Below are positions 40,901 through 49,955 of a stretch of 64,000 nucleotides of DNA, one piece after another. A program made the translations under genes and the position numbers. Positions within the stretch are counted from its first letter, which is position 1. Every line of letters starts with the position of its first letter. Where the stretch lies: the NCBI GenBank assembly GCA_038230375.1, contig JBBRNJ010000016.1, forward strand, positions 1-64,000, written 5' to 3'. The notes below the pieces were generated by a model. That model saw only the letters and a list, made by a program, of their open reading frames with translations. It had not been told where the DNA came from and ran no database searches. This DNA is from Polyangiales bacterium (GTDB taxonomy: Bacteria > Myxococcota_A > Polyangia > Polyangiales > Polyangiaceae).

Positions 40901-42880
40901 ATGGACCGAAAGACCGCTCGCGAAATCCTGGAATCTCTCGGCAAGCTCGACAAGGACGTCGTCGCCATCAAAGTTGGCAACAGGACGGTCGACCTCTTCA
41001 CGCCGCTCACCGCGGCAGAGGTCGCAGAGGCCGGGACCGCGCCCAAGGTCGTTCGCGCCTCGGATCCGGACGGGCTCGCGGTCATCCGGCACTCGACCGC
41101 GCACGTCATGGCGGACGCGGTGCAACGGCTCTTCCCGGGCACCAAGGTCACCATCGGCCCCTCGATCGAGGACGGCTTCTACTACGACTTCGACAAGCCC
41201 GACGGCGCCTTCACCGAGGACGATCTCAAGAAGATCGAGAAGGAGATGTTCGGCGTCATCAATCGCAACACTCCGTTCCGTCGCGAGGTCATCTCCCGCG
41301 AAGGCGCGATCGAGATGTTCGAGAAGATGGGCGAGCGCTTCAAGGTCGAGATCATCAAGAGCATCCCCGACGGCGAAGAGGTCAGCCTGTACCGCCATGG
41401 CGAGCCGAACAAGGGCGAGTGGGTCGACGTCTGCGAAGGTCCTCACGTCCCGCGCACCGGCATGCTCGCGGCCATCAAGCTCACGCACGTCGCAGGCGCC
41501 TACTGGCGCGGCAACGAAGCCAACCCCATGCTCCAGCGCATCTACGGCACCGCATTCGCTTCGAAGGAAGCGCTTGCAGAGCATCTCAAGATGGTCGAGG
41601 ACGCGAAGGCGCGCGACCACCGCAAGCTGATCAAGGAGCTCGAGCTCGTTCACTTTGATCCGCTCGCGCCCGCCATGCCGTTCTTCTTGCCGAAGGGCGC
41701 ATATGTGTACAATGCACTCATCACGTACATGCGCGAGCTGTACGAGCGCTACGGCTATGAAGAGGTGATCACGCCTCAGATCTTCGACCCGAAGCTGTTC
41801 CGCACGTCGGGCCACCTGGGCCACTACAACGACAACATGTACCGGGCGTGGACCGAGGACCAGTTCGACGAGGAGGTCGGCAAGGACGGCGTCAAGAAGA
41901 GCCCGCTTCCGGCGGACCTCGTGAGAGAGCTGCAGGCAGAGAGCTTTGCGCAGAAGCCCATGAACTGCCCGAGCCACTGCCTGATCTTCGGTGCCCGCAA
42001 GCGCAGCTACCGCGAGCTCCCGTGGCGCATGGCGGATTTCGGCCGCCTTCACCGCTACGAGCGCGGCGGCGTGGTGCACGGGCTCGCCCGCGTGCGCAGC
42101 TTCTGCCAGGACGACGCGCACATCTTCTGCGAGAAGAAGCAGGCGCCAGAGGAGATCGCGACGTTCGTCAAGCTCCTCTATGAAGTGTATAGTACATTCA
42201 AATTCGGCGACGTCTCCGTGAAGCTCTCGCTTCGCCCGGAGAAGCGCATGGGCGTGGACTCCGACTGGGACATGGCGGAGGGCGCGCTGCGCGACGGTCT
42301 CACGGCCGCGGGCCTTGGCTACGACGACATGCCGGGCGAGGGAGCATTCTACGGTCCCAAGCTGGAGTTCCATGTGAAGGACGCGCTCAAGCGCAGCTGG
42401 CAGCTCGGTACCATCCAGTACGATCCGAACCTGCCCGAGAGCTTCGACCTGGCGTACACCGGCGACGACGGTAAGGATCACCGCCCCGTGATGTTGCACC
42501 GCGCGGTGCTCGGCTCGCTGGAGCGGTTCTTCGCGGTCTACGTGGAGCACTGCGCCGGCAAGTTCCCGGTGTGGCTCGCGCCCAAGCAGGTCACGGTCAT
42601 CACCGTGATGGACACGGCAAACGAGTACGCGCACGCGGTGATCAAGGAGCTCCGTGACAACGGCCTTCGCGTGGACGACGACCTCTCCAAGGACAAGCTC
42701 AACGCGAAGATCCGCAACGCGCAGCTCTCTCGCGTTCCGTACATGCTCGTGCTCGGTCAGCGCGACGTGGAAGCCAAGACCGTGAGCGTGCGCCTGCGCG
42801 AAGGCGGGGCGGACCTTGGCGCCATGCCGGTCGCGCAGTTCATCGACCGCGTCCGCGGCGAAGTGCGCGCCCGCGCCTAG
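40901..42880 (+). CDS. thrS: Threonine--tRNA ligase
   Basis: RHSTAHVMA, GFYYDF, CEGPHV, LQRIYGT, RDHRK, KPMNCPSH, YGPKLE, HRAVLGSLERF. Confidence 0.98.
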   Translation: MDRKTAREILESLGKLDKDVVAIKVGNRTVDLFTPLTAAEVAEAGTAPKVVRASDPDGLAVIRHSTAHVMADAVQRLFPGTKVTIGPSIEDGFYYDFDKPDGAFTEDDLKKIEKEMFGVINRNTPFRREVISREGAIEMFEKMGERFKVEIIKSIPDGEEVSLYRHGEPNKGEWVDVCEGPHVPRTGMLAAIKLTHVAGAYWRGNEANPMLQRIYGTAFASKEALAEHLKMVEDAKARDHRKLIKELELVHFDPLAPAMPFFLPKGAYVYNALITYMRELYERYGYEEVITPQIFDPKLFRTSGHLGHYNDNMYRAWTEDQFDEEVGKDGVKKSPLPADLVRELQAESFAQKPMNCPSHCLIFGARKRSYRELPWRMADFGRLHRYERGGVVHGLARVRSFCQDDAHIFCEKKQAPEEIATFVKLLYEVYSTFKFGDVSVKLSLRPEKRMGVDSDWDMAEGALRDGLTAAGLGYDDMPGEGAFYGPKLEFHVKDALKRSWQLGTIQYDPNLPESFDLAYTGDDGKDHRPVMLHRAVLGSLERFFAVYVEHCAGKFPVWLAPKQVTVITVMDTANEYAHAVIKELRDNGLRVDDDLSKDKLNAKIRNAQLSRVPYMLVLGQRDVEAKTVSVRLREGGADLGAMPVAQFIDRVRGEVRARA

Positions 42881-42891
42881 GTACGCTCCTG

Positions 42892-43740
42892 GTGGGCACG
42901 TTCGATCTGCTCGGCGGCGTGTGGAAGGGGCTTCCCACAGCCGTGGCCCGCGCGCGCGGGTGGGGTGCGGATTGGGTCGCGCATTCAGAGGCATTCGTGG
43001 AGGTGCGTCACGGGCAGGTGGTCGCGCACGTAGGCGTGATGGAGATCGCCGCGACGATCGACGGTCGTGAGCAGGTGCTTGCCGGAATACATGCGGTATG
43101 CACGCATCCCGAGCACCGCGGGCAGGGGCTCATGCGAAGGACCATGGACCGTGCGCTCACCTGGGTCGACGCTCGCTATCCGTCCGCCGTGCTCTGGGCC
43201 AACGACCGGGCGATCTACGAGCGCTTCGGCTTCGTCGCACGGCCCGAGTCGATGTTCGCTTTCGCGCCTGACGGGCCCAGCTTGAACGCCGATGCGAGCG
43301 ACGCACGCCAGCTCTCACTGGGCGTCCCGGATGATCTCGCGCTTGTTCGTTCGATGCTCGCGTCGCGTTCGCCCGTGTCATCCCTGTGCGGCTCGCGGGA
43401 GCCCGGCTGGCTCTTCTTGATCGACCTTGCCCTGTGGGGCGAGAGAGCGCCCATCGTCGCGCATGTCGCCGCGCTCGATTGTATCGCGGTCTATGAGATC
43501 AACGATGGCGTGCTTCGACTGTACGACGTTGTGGCGAGCCGACTGCCTGCGCTCGCGGCGCTCGTCTCTCACCTTGGGCCGGGCGTGCGCGAGGTGACGG
43601 TCTTCTTCGGCACCGACGCATTCAGTGACGCGCGCTCGCTTCCAGCGTTGCCCACGTCGCTCTACGACTTCCTCATGGTGCGTGGCGCGCCGCTCCCCGC
43701 GGTCGTTCCGCTCGCATTTTCACCGCTATCGCGTTGCTGA
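42892..43740 (+). CDS. GNAT-family N-acetyltransferase
   Basis: VCTHPEHRGQGLM and IYERFGF. Confidence 0.85.
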   Translation: MGTFDLLGGVWKGLPTAVARARGWGADWVAHSEAFVEVRHGQVVAHVGVMEIAATIDGREQVLAGIHAVCTHPEHRGQGLMRRTMDRALTWVDARYPSAVLWANDRAIYERFGFVARPESMFAFAPDGPSLNADASDARQLSLGVPDDLALVRSMLASRSPVSSLCGSREPGWLFLIDLALWGERAPIVAHVAALDCIAVYEINDGVLRLYDVVASRLPALAALVSHLGPGVREVTVFFGTDAFSDARSLPALPTSLYDFLMVRGAPLPAVVPLAFSPLSRC

Positions 43741-43811
43741 CGGTCGGCCTCCGCGCGCGTCAGCAATCGCACGCAGCACCGAAACGAGCTTGAATTTTCG
43801 ACGTTCGAGCG

Positions 43812-43827
43812 CGGCACACCGCTTGCG
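43812..43827 (+). promoter_or_regulatory. Putative sigma54 -24/-12 promoter
   Basis: CGGCACACCGCTTGCG matches GGCAC-N5-TTGC; the -12 C is 13 nt before ATG 43839. Confidence 0.65.
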
Positions 43828-43838
43828 TAGCGCGCGGC

Positions 43839-45149
43839 ATGACCTTGCCTTCTCCTCCGCACGCTGGCGCCGCAGCGACGTTCGCGATTGCCCTGATGAT
43901 GGGCTGTAGCTCGTCCCAGTCCACCGTCACCGCAACCGCCGACGCTGGTTCGGACCCAGCCGACGCCGGCGACACCGCCGATGCGGGTCTCGATCACGGC
44001 AAGCCGAGCACCAGCTACCCGGCGCCGCACCCGCCCGTCCCCAGCACCATGAGCCTCGGGGGCGACGTCCTCACGGCGCCGAAGCTCGTGGCGATCACGT
44101 TCGCTGGCGACGCCCGCGCGGCCGACCTGGAGTCGTTCGCGACGGCGCTTGCCGCGAGCGACACGCTTCGCGCGGCGACCACGGAGTATGGAGTCGGCAC
44201 TGCCACGGCCGCCACGCCGATCCATCTTGCAGACGCAGCGCCAACCATGACGACGGACGGCGACATCCAGAAGCTGGTCACCGCCAGCCTGAGCGGCGCC
44301 ACGCCCGCGTGGGGCGCTCCCGACAAGAGTGCAATCTACACATTGTTCTACCCGACCGCGACCAGGATCACCGCACCCAATGGCGTGAGCTGCGCGGTCG
44401 GCGGCTTCAATGGCTATCACTCGGAGATCGCGCTCGCGGACGGTACGCCGATCGTCTACGCGGTGATCGCCGGCTGCGACACGTTCCCGACCAGCCCGTT
44501 CGCCGGACCCAAGGGGCTGGACCAGGTGACCACGGTGGCCTCGCACGAGTGGGTGGAGGCCATGACGGATCCGCACATTGACTCTGCGCCCGCGTTCGCG
44601 CAGCCGGCTGCGGTGGACACGGGGTGGCTCGTGGTACCGGGCGGCGAGGTCGGCGACATGTGCGGCTTCAACCCGAACTCGTCCTTCGTTCCGAGCGGCT
44701 TCACGCATTCCGTGCAGCGCATGTGGTCCAACAAGGAGGCCGCGCTGGGACATGATCCTTGCGTGCCTCACGTGTCGAAGCTGCCGTACTTCAACAGCGC
44801 CCCCGTGCTCACGGACAAGATCAAGTGGAGCTACTTCGGCACGCCTGTGCAGTCGACGGGCGTCCTGATCCCCGTTGGGCAGACGAAGACGATCGAGCTC
44901 GATCTCTTCAGCCTGGGCGACACGGGCGCGCCGTGGAAGCTCGAGGTGGTGGAGCCGCTCACGTGGGTGAAGCAGAAGCCCGAGCTCGTCATGAGCCTGG
45001 ACCGGCAGACCGGTCAGAACGGCGAGAAGGTCTACCTGACCATCAAGGTGCTCTCAAAGGACAAGAGCTTCGGCGCGGAGTTCTTCGCTGTCGTGTCGAC
45101 GCTCGGCGATCAGTCGAACATCTGGTTCGGCACGGTGGGGAACCAGTAG
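43839..45149 (+). CDS. Secreted lipoprotein with HExxExxTDP motif (Phi-1/EXORDIUM-like)
   Basis: MMGC lipobox-like, GYHS, SHEWVEAMTDP, GEVGDMC, VQRMWSN. Confidence 0.75.
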   Translation: MTLPSPPHAGAAATFAIALMMGCSSSQSTVTATADAGSDPADAGDTADAGLDHGKPSTSYPAPHPPVPSTMSLGGDVLTAPKLVAITFAGDARAADLESFATALAASDTLRAATTEYGVGTATAATPIHLADAAPTMTTDGDIQKLVTASLSGATPAWGAPDKSAIYTLFYPTATRITAPNGVSCAVGGFNGYHSEIALADGTPIVYAVIAGCDTFPTSPFAGPKGLDQVTTVASHEWVEAMTDPHIDSAPAFAQPAAVDTGWLVVPGGEVGDMCGFNPNSSFVPSGFTHSVQRMWSNKEAALGHDPCVPHVSKLPYFNSAPVLTDKIKWSYFGTPVQSTGVLIPVGQTKTIELDLFSLGDTGAPWKLEVVEPLTWVKQKPELVMSLDRQTGQNGEKVYLTIKVLSKDKSFGAEFFAVVSTLGDQSNIWFGTVGNQ

Positions 45150-45186
45150 AGCGCGAGGCGCCGTTCCGAGCACCCAAGACTCGGGC

Positions 45187-45873
45187 TCACGGCTTCCTCC
45201 TTGCGACCAGCGTGATCGGCGCGCTCGCGTTGATGTCGAGGCCGGTGACGCGGAGCGTATACCTACCGGGCGCGAGCCGCGGCCCCATCACGCCGAAGGG
45301 CAGCGGCGGCGCGGTCATGGAGACGACGGACATGTCGGTCGGCTGATCGAACCCGGTCCGTTGGCCCTTCGCGATGACGAACCAGTGCTCGGGGGTGACG
45401 CTCTGGCCGCACGCCATCGTGGATTGGTCCTCGGCGTACTCGGTGCCTCCCCTGGTGAACGACACGTGGAAGGGCCCGGTGCAGCTCGTGCCAGCACGGA
45501 CGAGGAACGCGTGATCGTGGTCGTCCACGTTGACGAGCTCCATGGGGATCGGATTCCCGATCGTCACGGTGGAAGGAACGCGAAGTTCCAGGCGGGCGAT
45601 GGCTTTGGTGGGAGAGGGAAGGGGAGGCTTCGCGGTCGGGGCCGGGGTCGGGGCCGGGGTCGGGGTCGGAGTCGAAGTCGGGGTCGGGGTCGGGGTCGAA
45701 GTCGGGGTCGAAGTCGAGGTCGGAGTTGATGTCGAAGTCGGAGTTGATGTCGAAGTCGGGGTCGGGGTCGAAGTCGAGGTCGTTGCTGGCGCTGCCCCCG
45801 CGGTCGCCGCTGGTGCTGGCGCGCACCCGAGCATCGCTGCGGCGGCACTGGTGCATAGGAGGTGCTGGAACAT
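45187..45873 (-). CDS. Lipoprotein with a Thr/Pro linker and C-terminal Ig-like beta domain
   Basis: MLGC, repeat-encoded linker, LAPGRYTLRV. TATGAT lies 6 nt upstream of the ATG. Confidence 0.7.
   Translation of the reverse strand: MFQHLLCTSAAAAMLGCAPAPAATAGAAPATTSTSTPTPTSTSTPTSTSTPTSTSTPTSTPTPTPTSTPTPTPAPTPAPTAKPPLPSPTKAIARLELRVPSTVTIGNPIPMELVNVDDHDHAFLVRAGTSCTGPFHVSFTRGGTEYAEDQSTMACGQSVTPEHWFVIAKGQRTGFDQPTDMSVVSMTAPPLPFGVMGPRLAPGRYTLRVTGLDINASAPITLVARRKP
45633..45783. repeat. Degenerate hexamer array (GGGGTC/GAAGTC/GAGGTC) inside a CDS
   Basis: Read directly; encodes TSTPTPT on the minus strand. Confidence 0.9.
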
Positions 45874-45913
45874 GGGCCGATCATACCCGCAGAACCGTGC
45901 GACACTTGTACTT

Positions 45914-47233
45914 GTGAGGTGGCTGCCATTGCTGCGTGGCGCGTGCGTGTTTGCGGCCTTGGCGACCGCATCTGCGTGCGGCTCTGACGCTGCTCCGACA
46001 TCGCCCGCCAGCACGCAGCTCCAGTGGCTCCTCGACACGATCAACAGCGGTGACGCCGCGAGCGAGCCCATCACCGAGCACTTCACGGAGGGGTACCTGG
46101 CCACGCACCCCGCGAAGGCCCTCGCCGACGCGCTCCTGAAGGTCCACGACAAGCAGGCTCCGCTTGCGCTCATGGGTGACGATCTCCCCGCGAAGCCGGG
46201 CCAGCTGCTCGTCCGCGCGCAGGACTCGCGATCGCGCTGGATGCGCATCGGGCTCACCACGGAGGACGCCTCGCCGCATCGCATGAGCGCGCTCACCATC
46301 GCACCCAACGGTGATCTGGATCCCGCCCTGCAGACCTGGCCGGACGTCATCAACGCTCTCTCCGCGCTCACGCCCAACCTGGGCTTCGTGGCTGCCACGC
46401 TCCGTCCCGACGGCTGCGGCACGTTGCAGGAGCTGGGCTCCACGCGCGAGCTCGCGATCGGCTCCAACCTGAAGCTCTACATCCTGACGGCGCTCGGGAC
46501 CGAGATCGCGGAAGGCCGGCGCGCATGGACCGACACGGTGGCCATTCGCGACGACTGGAAGAGCCTGTCGCCGCTGGAGTTCGAGGCCGCAGGCACCGTG
46601 CACACGCTCCAGGACATGGCCGAGCGCATGGTCTCCGCAAGTGATAACACCGCCGCCGATCACCTTCTCTACACGCTTGGTCGGGCTACCGTGGAGAAGG
46701 CCGTGACGGACTCGGGGCATGCCGCTCCGTCCAGGATGCTGCCGTTTCTTTCCACGTGGGAGGCGTTCTGGCTCGTGCTCCTGGCGACGCCCGCGCAGCA
46801 GCAAGCCTATGTCGCGGCCGATGTCGCGGCGCGCCGCGCGATGCTCGACATGGTCCCGCACGCCGCGCCCGAACGCGACGCCGCGAACGCTGCGCTGCTC
46901 TCGTTCACCGCACCGCGCTTGCTCGACAGCGTGGGCTGGTTCGCGTCAGCGAAGGATCTCTGCGCCGTGACCGCGCGCTTGATGCGCACCGGCGAGGGCT
47001 TCGACATCCTGCTCGAGAGCCACGGCCTTCCGGACCTGCGCAACGACTACGTGGGCCTTGGTTACAAGGCCGGCAGCGAGCCCGGCGTGCTCTCGGTGAG
47101 CTACGCCATCGCCCGCGGCAGCGACGGAACATGGTTCTTCATCAGCATGATCTTGAACGACGGCAACGACGCCTTCGATCGTGAGCACGCGTTCTACCTG
47201 CTCGGCGCTGCCCGTGGGCAGCTGCGCCACTGA
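45914..47233 (+). CDS. Serine hydrolase, class A beta-lactamase-like (LpqF/Cpe type) lipoprotein
   Basis: IGSNLKLY (SxxK), SDNTAAD, YKAGSEPGV. Confidence 0.85.
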   Translation: MRWLPLLRGACVFAALATASACGSDAAPTSPASTQLQWLLDTINSGDAASEPITEHFTEGYLATHPAKALADALLKVHDKQAPLALMGDDLPAKPGQLLVRAQDSRSRWMRIGLTTEDASPHRMSALTIAPNGDLDPALQTWPDVINALSALTPNLGFVAATLRPDGCGTLQELGSTRELAIGSNLKLYILTALGTEIAEGRRAWTDTVAIRDDWKSLSPLEFEAAGTVHTLQDMAERMVSASDNTAADHLLYTLGRATVEKAVTDSGHAAPSRMLPFLSTWEAFWLVLLATPAQQQAYVAADVAARRAMLDMVPHAAPERDAANAALLSFTAPRLLDSVGWFASAKDLCAVTARLMRTGEGFDILLESHGLPDLRNDYVGLGYKAGSEPGVLSVSYAIARGSDGTWFFISMILNDGNDAFDREHAFYLLGAARGQLRH

Positions 47234-47257
47234 ACAGCGCCAGCAGGGTTCTCGGCG

Positions 47258-48217
47258 TCAGCGGGCGAGCTTGGTCGTGATGTTGCCCACACTCATCTCG
47301 TCGGTGAGCGGGTCGCCCGGGTTCTGGTCCTGCGCGTTCGCGAACGGGATGAACGGACCAAGTCCCTTCACGGCGACGGCCCAGATGAGGACGCCCACGG
47401 CCACGCCAGCGCCGATGTACGCGCCCACGCCGACGCGCGTGCCGACCCAGTACTGATCCCACTTGATGCTGTTGTTGTTGTTCGGCAGCTGGTTCGGCAC
47501 CACCACCGGATCGATGCCCTTGTCCGCCTTCGGATCCACGGGCTCCGCCTTCGCGTCGTTCGCAGCTGCGTTGTTGTCGCCGCCGTTCGCGCCCGGGTCG
47601 CCGCCCGTGCCGCCGGTGTTCTTCGTGCCGATGCCGCTCACGTTCGTGAACTCGGGATCTTGCTTCAGGCGCGTTGCCAGCTCGTTGCTCTCGAACACGG
47701 AGACGATCGTGCGCTTCATGACCTTGAGCGCCTTGTTGACGCGCGCGGGGTCACCGCTCTGCAGCTCCGTTGCGAAGATGGGCAGGTACTTCGGCGTGCG
47801 GCGGTTGATCTCCGCGATCACGTAGTCCACGATCTTGGCGAACTGCGCCTCGGTCGGCATCCACACCTGGTCCATGGCCTTGCCCAGCTGCTCGAGCTCC
47901 AGCTCCGTGGGCGGGCGCCCCGGCTGCTTGGGCGCGGGGAACGGATCACCGGGCTGCGCTGCCATGTCGGTCACGTAGCTCTGGAGCATCTGCGCCGGGA
48001 CTGCGTGAGCCTTCAGTGCCTGCTTCGTGTTCTCGAGGCGATCCTTCACGGTCATGGGCTGGCCGAATTTCTCGGCTGCGGGACCTACGCCCATCATGCC
48101 CTGCGTGAGCTCTTCGCCGGTGTACTGGCGAGGCTGTTCACTGGAGCTGCAGCCACCTGTGGCGGCACTGGCGACGAGGAGCGCGATGGCGAAGACCTTG
48201 GTGATGTGTCGTTTCAT
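47258..48217 (-). CDS. SdpC-like antimicrobial peptide precursor
   Basis: Signal ending TGGC, YTGEELTQG pro-region motif, ELQSGDPARVNKAL, hydrophobic core VGVGAYIGAGVAVGVLIWAVAVK. ATGA-coupled to the sdpB-like gene. Confidence 0.75.
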   Translation of the reverse strand: MKRHITKVFAIALLVASAATGGCSSSEQPRQYTGEELTQGMMGVGPAAEKFGQPMTVKDRLENTKQALKAHAVPAQMLQSYVTDMAAQPGDPFPAPKQPGRPPTELELEQLGKAMDQVWMPTEAQFAKIVDYVIAEINRRTPKYLPIFATELQSGDPARVNKALKVMKRTIVSVFESNELATRLKQDPEFTNVSGIGTKNTGGTGGDPGANGGDNNAAANDAKAEPVDPKADKGIDPVVVPNQLPNNNNSIKWDQYWVGTRVGVGAYIGAGVAVGVLIWAVAVKGLGPFIPFANAQDQNPGDPLTDEMSVGNITTKLAR

Positions 48218-49185
48218 TGGATGCCTCCGAGCATGGTCGAGGCGAACCTCGCACCAAGCTCTGTAAAGTGGGCGAGACGCGCACGAATGCGGGCCGCGCG
48301 GTTGGATAAGAAGACGTTCTCCGTCGGGCGTAGATAAAGGATGAGCGCTGCGCTCATCGCAAAGCCAAAGCTCACCAGTCCCTGAAGCAATGCAATTCCG
48401 ATGTGGAGCGAGAGCCCCAGCACCAGCAAGTATTTCCAGTGTTTCTTCGCAGCGAAGAGGCCGCACATCAGCGCGAACTCCGCCAGCACGACTCCCCACG
48501 TCATGACCGCCACGGTCTGGTGCGTGAGGATGGGCATCACCACGGGGCGCGCCCATCCGGCCGCGCCGTAGAGCGGGTGGCTGAGCCAGTAGTACATGGC
48601 GGTGCCGTTGCTCCATTCGGGCGTCGCGTATTTGCCGGCGGCGGCGTGGAAGTAGATCCCGGCGACCTGCATGCGGCAGAGCGTGATGCTGGTCTGCGCA
48701 AGGAAGCGCTTCGCGGGCAGCCACTTGTCGTTCGGGTCTTCCTTCCACTCATCCCAGTGCCACTTGCGGTTGTCCGTCAGCGTCACGGGCAAGAGCAGCA
48801 GCGTGAGCACGGCGGTGACCTGATCGCCGCCATCGAGCGAGGACGCGCCGAGCTGGAAGCTGAGCGCCACGAACCAGTGAATGATGCCCGTGATGCGCGG
48901 GCGCCAGCCGGTGGCGACGAGCGCAAGGAGGACCACACACACGAAGCGCGCGATCTCGAGGCGCGACCTGGGGAACATGCAGAAGAGGCCCGCCTGAAGG
49001 CTGCCCGTGCAGATCGGCGGCTCCGGCATGCCAGCGATGCGCGGGAAGAGCGCGGGCACGTCGTTCGTGAGCAGCGTGAGCAAGGTGCCGGTGGCAAGGA
49101 GCGTCCGCGCCAGCCCGTAGACGTTCGTCCACGGCTTGGACTCGGAGCTCCAGCGGTGCACGAGGTTCCCGACCGCGGTCAGCAT
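48214..49185 (-). CDS. sdpB: SdpB-family HTTM-domain membrane protein
   Basis: PWTNVYGLARTLLA, GWRPRITGIIHW, DGGDQV, TDNRKWHW, QVAGIYFHAAAGK, EWSNGTAMYYW. Confidence 0.88.
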   Translation of the reverse strand: MLTAVGNLVHRWSSESKPWTNVYGLARTLLATGTLLTLLTNDVPALFPRIAGMPEPPICTGSLQAGLFCMFPRSRLEIARFVCVVLLALVATGWRPRITGIIHWFVALSFQLGASSLDGGDQVTAVLTLLLLPVTLTDNRKWHWDEWKEDPNDKWLPAKRFLAQTSITLCRMQVAGIYFHAAAGKYATPEWSNGTAMYYWLSHPLYGAAGWARPVVMPILTHQTVAVMTWGVVLAEFALMCGLFAAKKHWKYLLVLGLSLHIGIALLQGLVSFGFAMSAALILYLRPTENVFLSNRAARIRARLAHFTELGARFASTMLGGIQ

Positions 49186-49751
49186 GACACCTCTACGATC
49201 ACGACCTTCGACTTCATCGTTGGCGGCTTCGGAGAGCTGGCCCACGCCCACGGGATTCGCGGCGTGACGACCACGCCCATGGTTCCGCAGAACACCGGGC
49301 GCGTCGCGTTGCTGTGGAAGATCAGCTTGGGCTGACGGCTCGAGAGGCACGCCTCTGCGTTCGCTTCGCAGTCCTCGTAGGCCTCTGAAGGGATGCTCGT
49401 GAGGATGAGGCCTGACTCGATGCCCTCGTTGCGGCCCGCGCGGCTCAGCCCGAACAGGTTGTGGCTCGACGCGTTCTCACCGCTGTCGGCGCGCATCCAG
49501 TGGCCCGCGCTGTCCTTCTTGTAGAGGAAGGAGATGTCCTCGCGTGCGTTGCGCGTGAAGAACTTCCAGCCCTCGGGCAGATAGGACACGGTGCCGAGCT
49601 GCTTCTCGCCAGGCAGTCGCACGGGGTTGCTCGCGTCCATCGAACCGTGCACGGCGTACACGATCGCGATTGCCAGGAACCCCCACCACACGAGTGCGAG
49701 CGCTCCCAGGCGTCGCTTGCTCGTGACCTCGTTCCCTACGTCAGTGCTCAT
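49179..49751 (-). CDS. sdpA: SdpA-family antimicrobial peptide system protein
   Basis: TM helix, LPEGWKFFTRNARE, NLFGLSR.GR..GIE, FCG, IPWAW, terminal VSC. Confidence 0.85.
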   Translation of the reverse strand: MSTDVGNEVTSKRRLGALALVWWGFLAIAIVYAVHGSMDASNPVRLPGEKQLGTVSYLPEGWKFFTRNAREDISFLYKKDSAGHWMRADSGENASSHNLFGLSRAGRNEGIESGLILTSIPSEAYEDCEANAEACLSSRQPKLIFHSNATRPVFCGTMGVVVTPRIPWAWASSPKPPTMKSKVVIVEVSC

Positions 49752-49763
49752 GCACCGATAGGG

Positions 49764-49779
49764 AGCAACCGTCGTGCCG
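49764..49779 (-). promoter_or_regulatory. Putative sigma54 -24/-12 promoter of the sdp-like operon
   Basis: Minus strand CGGCACGACGGTTGCT matches GGCAC-N5-TTGCT; the -12 C is 14 nt before ATG 49751. Confidence 0.65.
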
Positions 49780-49955
49780 TTGCAAATCGAGGCGCGCGTT
49801 CCACCAGGGCAGTGATCTTTTTGTTCCCGCTGCACAAGGACGTGCAAAACGAAAAAATGGCTCCGATGGACGCTTGCATCGTACATGGATCGCGTCGCGA
49901 ATCCGGTGGGAGCCCGCCTATCCGGCGATGCGCCAGAGAGACACACGACAGCTTC

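Noticed and set aside
40892..42994. Long antisense or alternative-frame ORFs (this one, also 16918..18534, 22513..23772, 27177..28538)
   Set aside because: Typical high-GC shadow ORFs opposite well-supported genes, with no recognisable motifs.
45914..47233. Bona fide beta-lactam resistance gene
   Set aside because: It has SxxK/SDN/KxG motifs, but the N-terminal extra domain and overall pattern fit LpqF/Cpe-like serine hydrolases. Resistance cannot be inferred.
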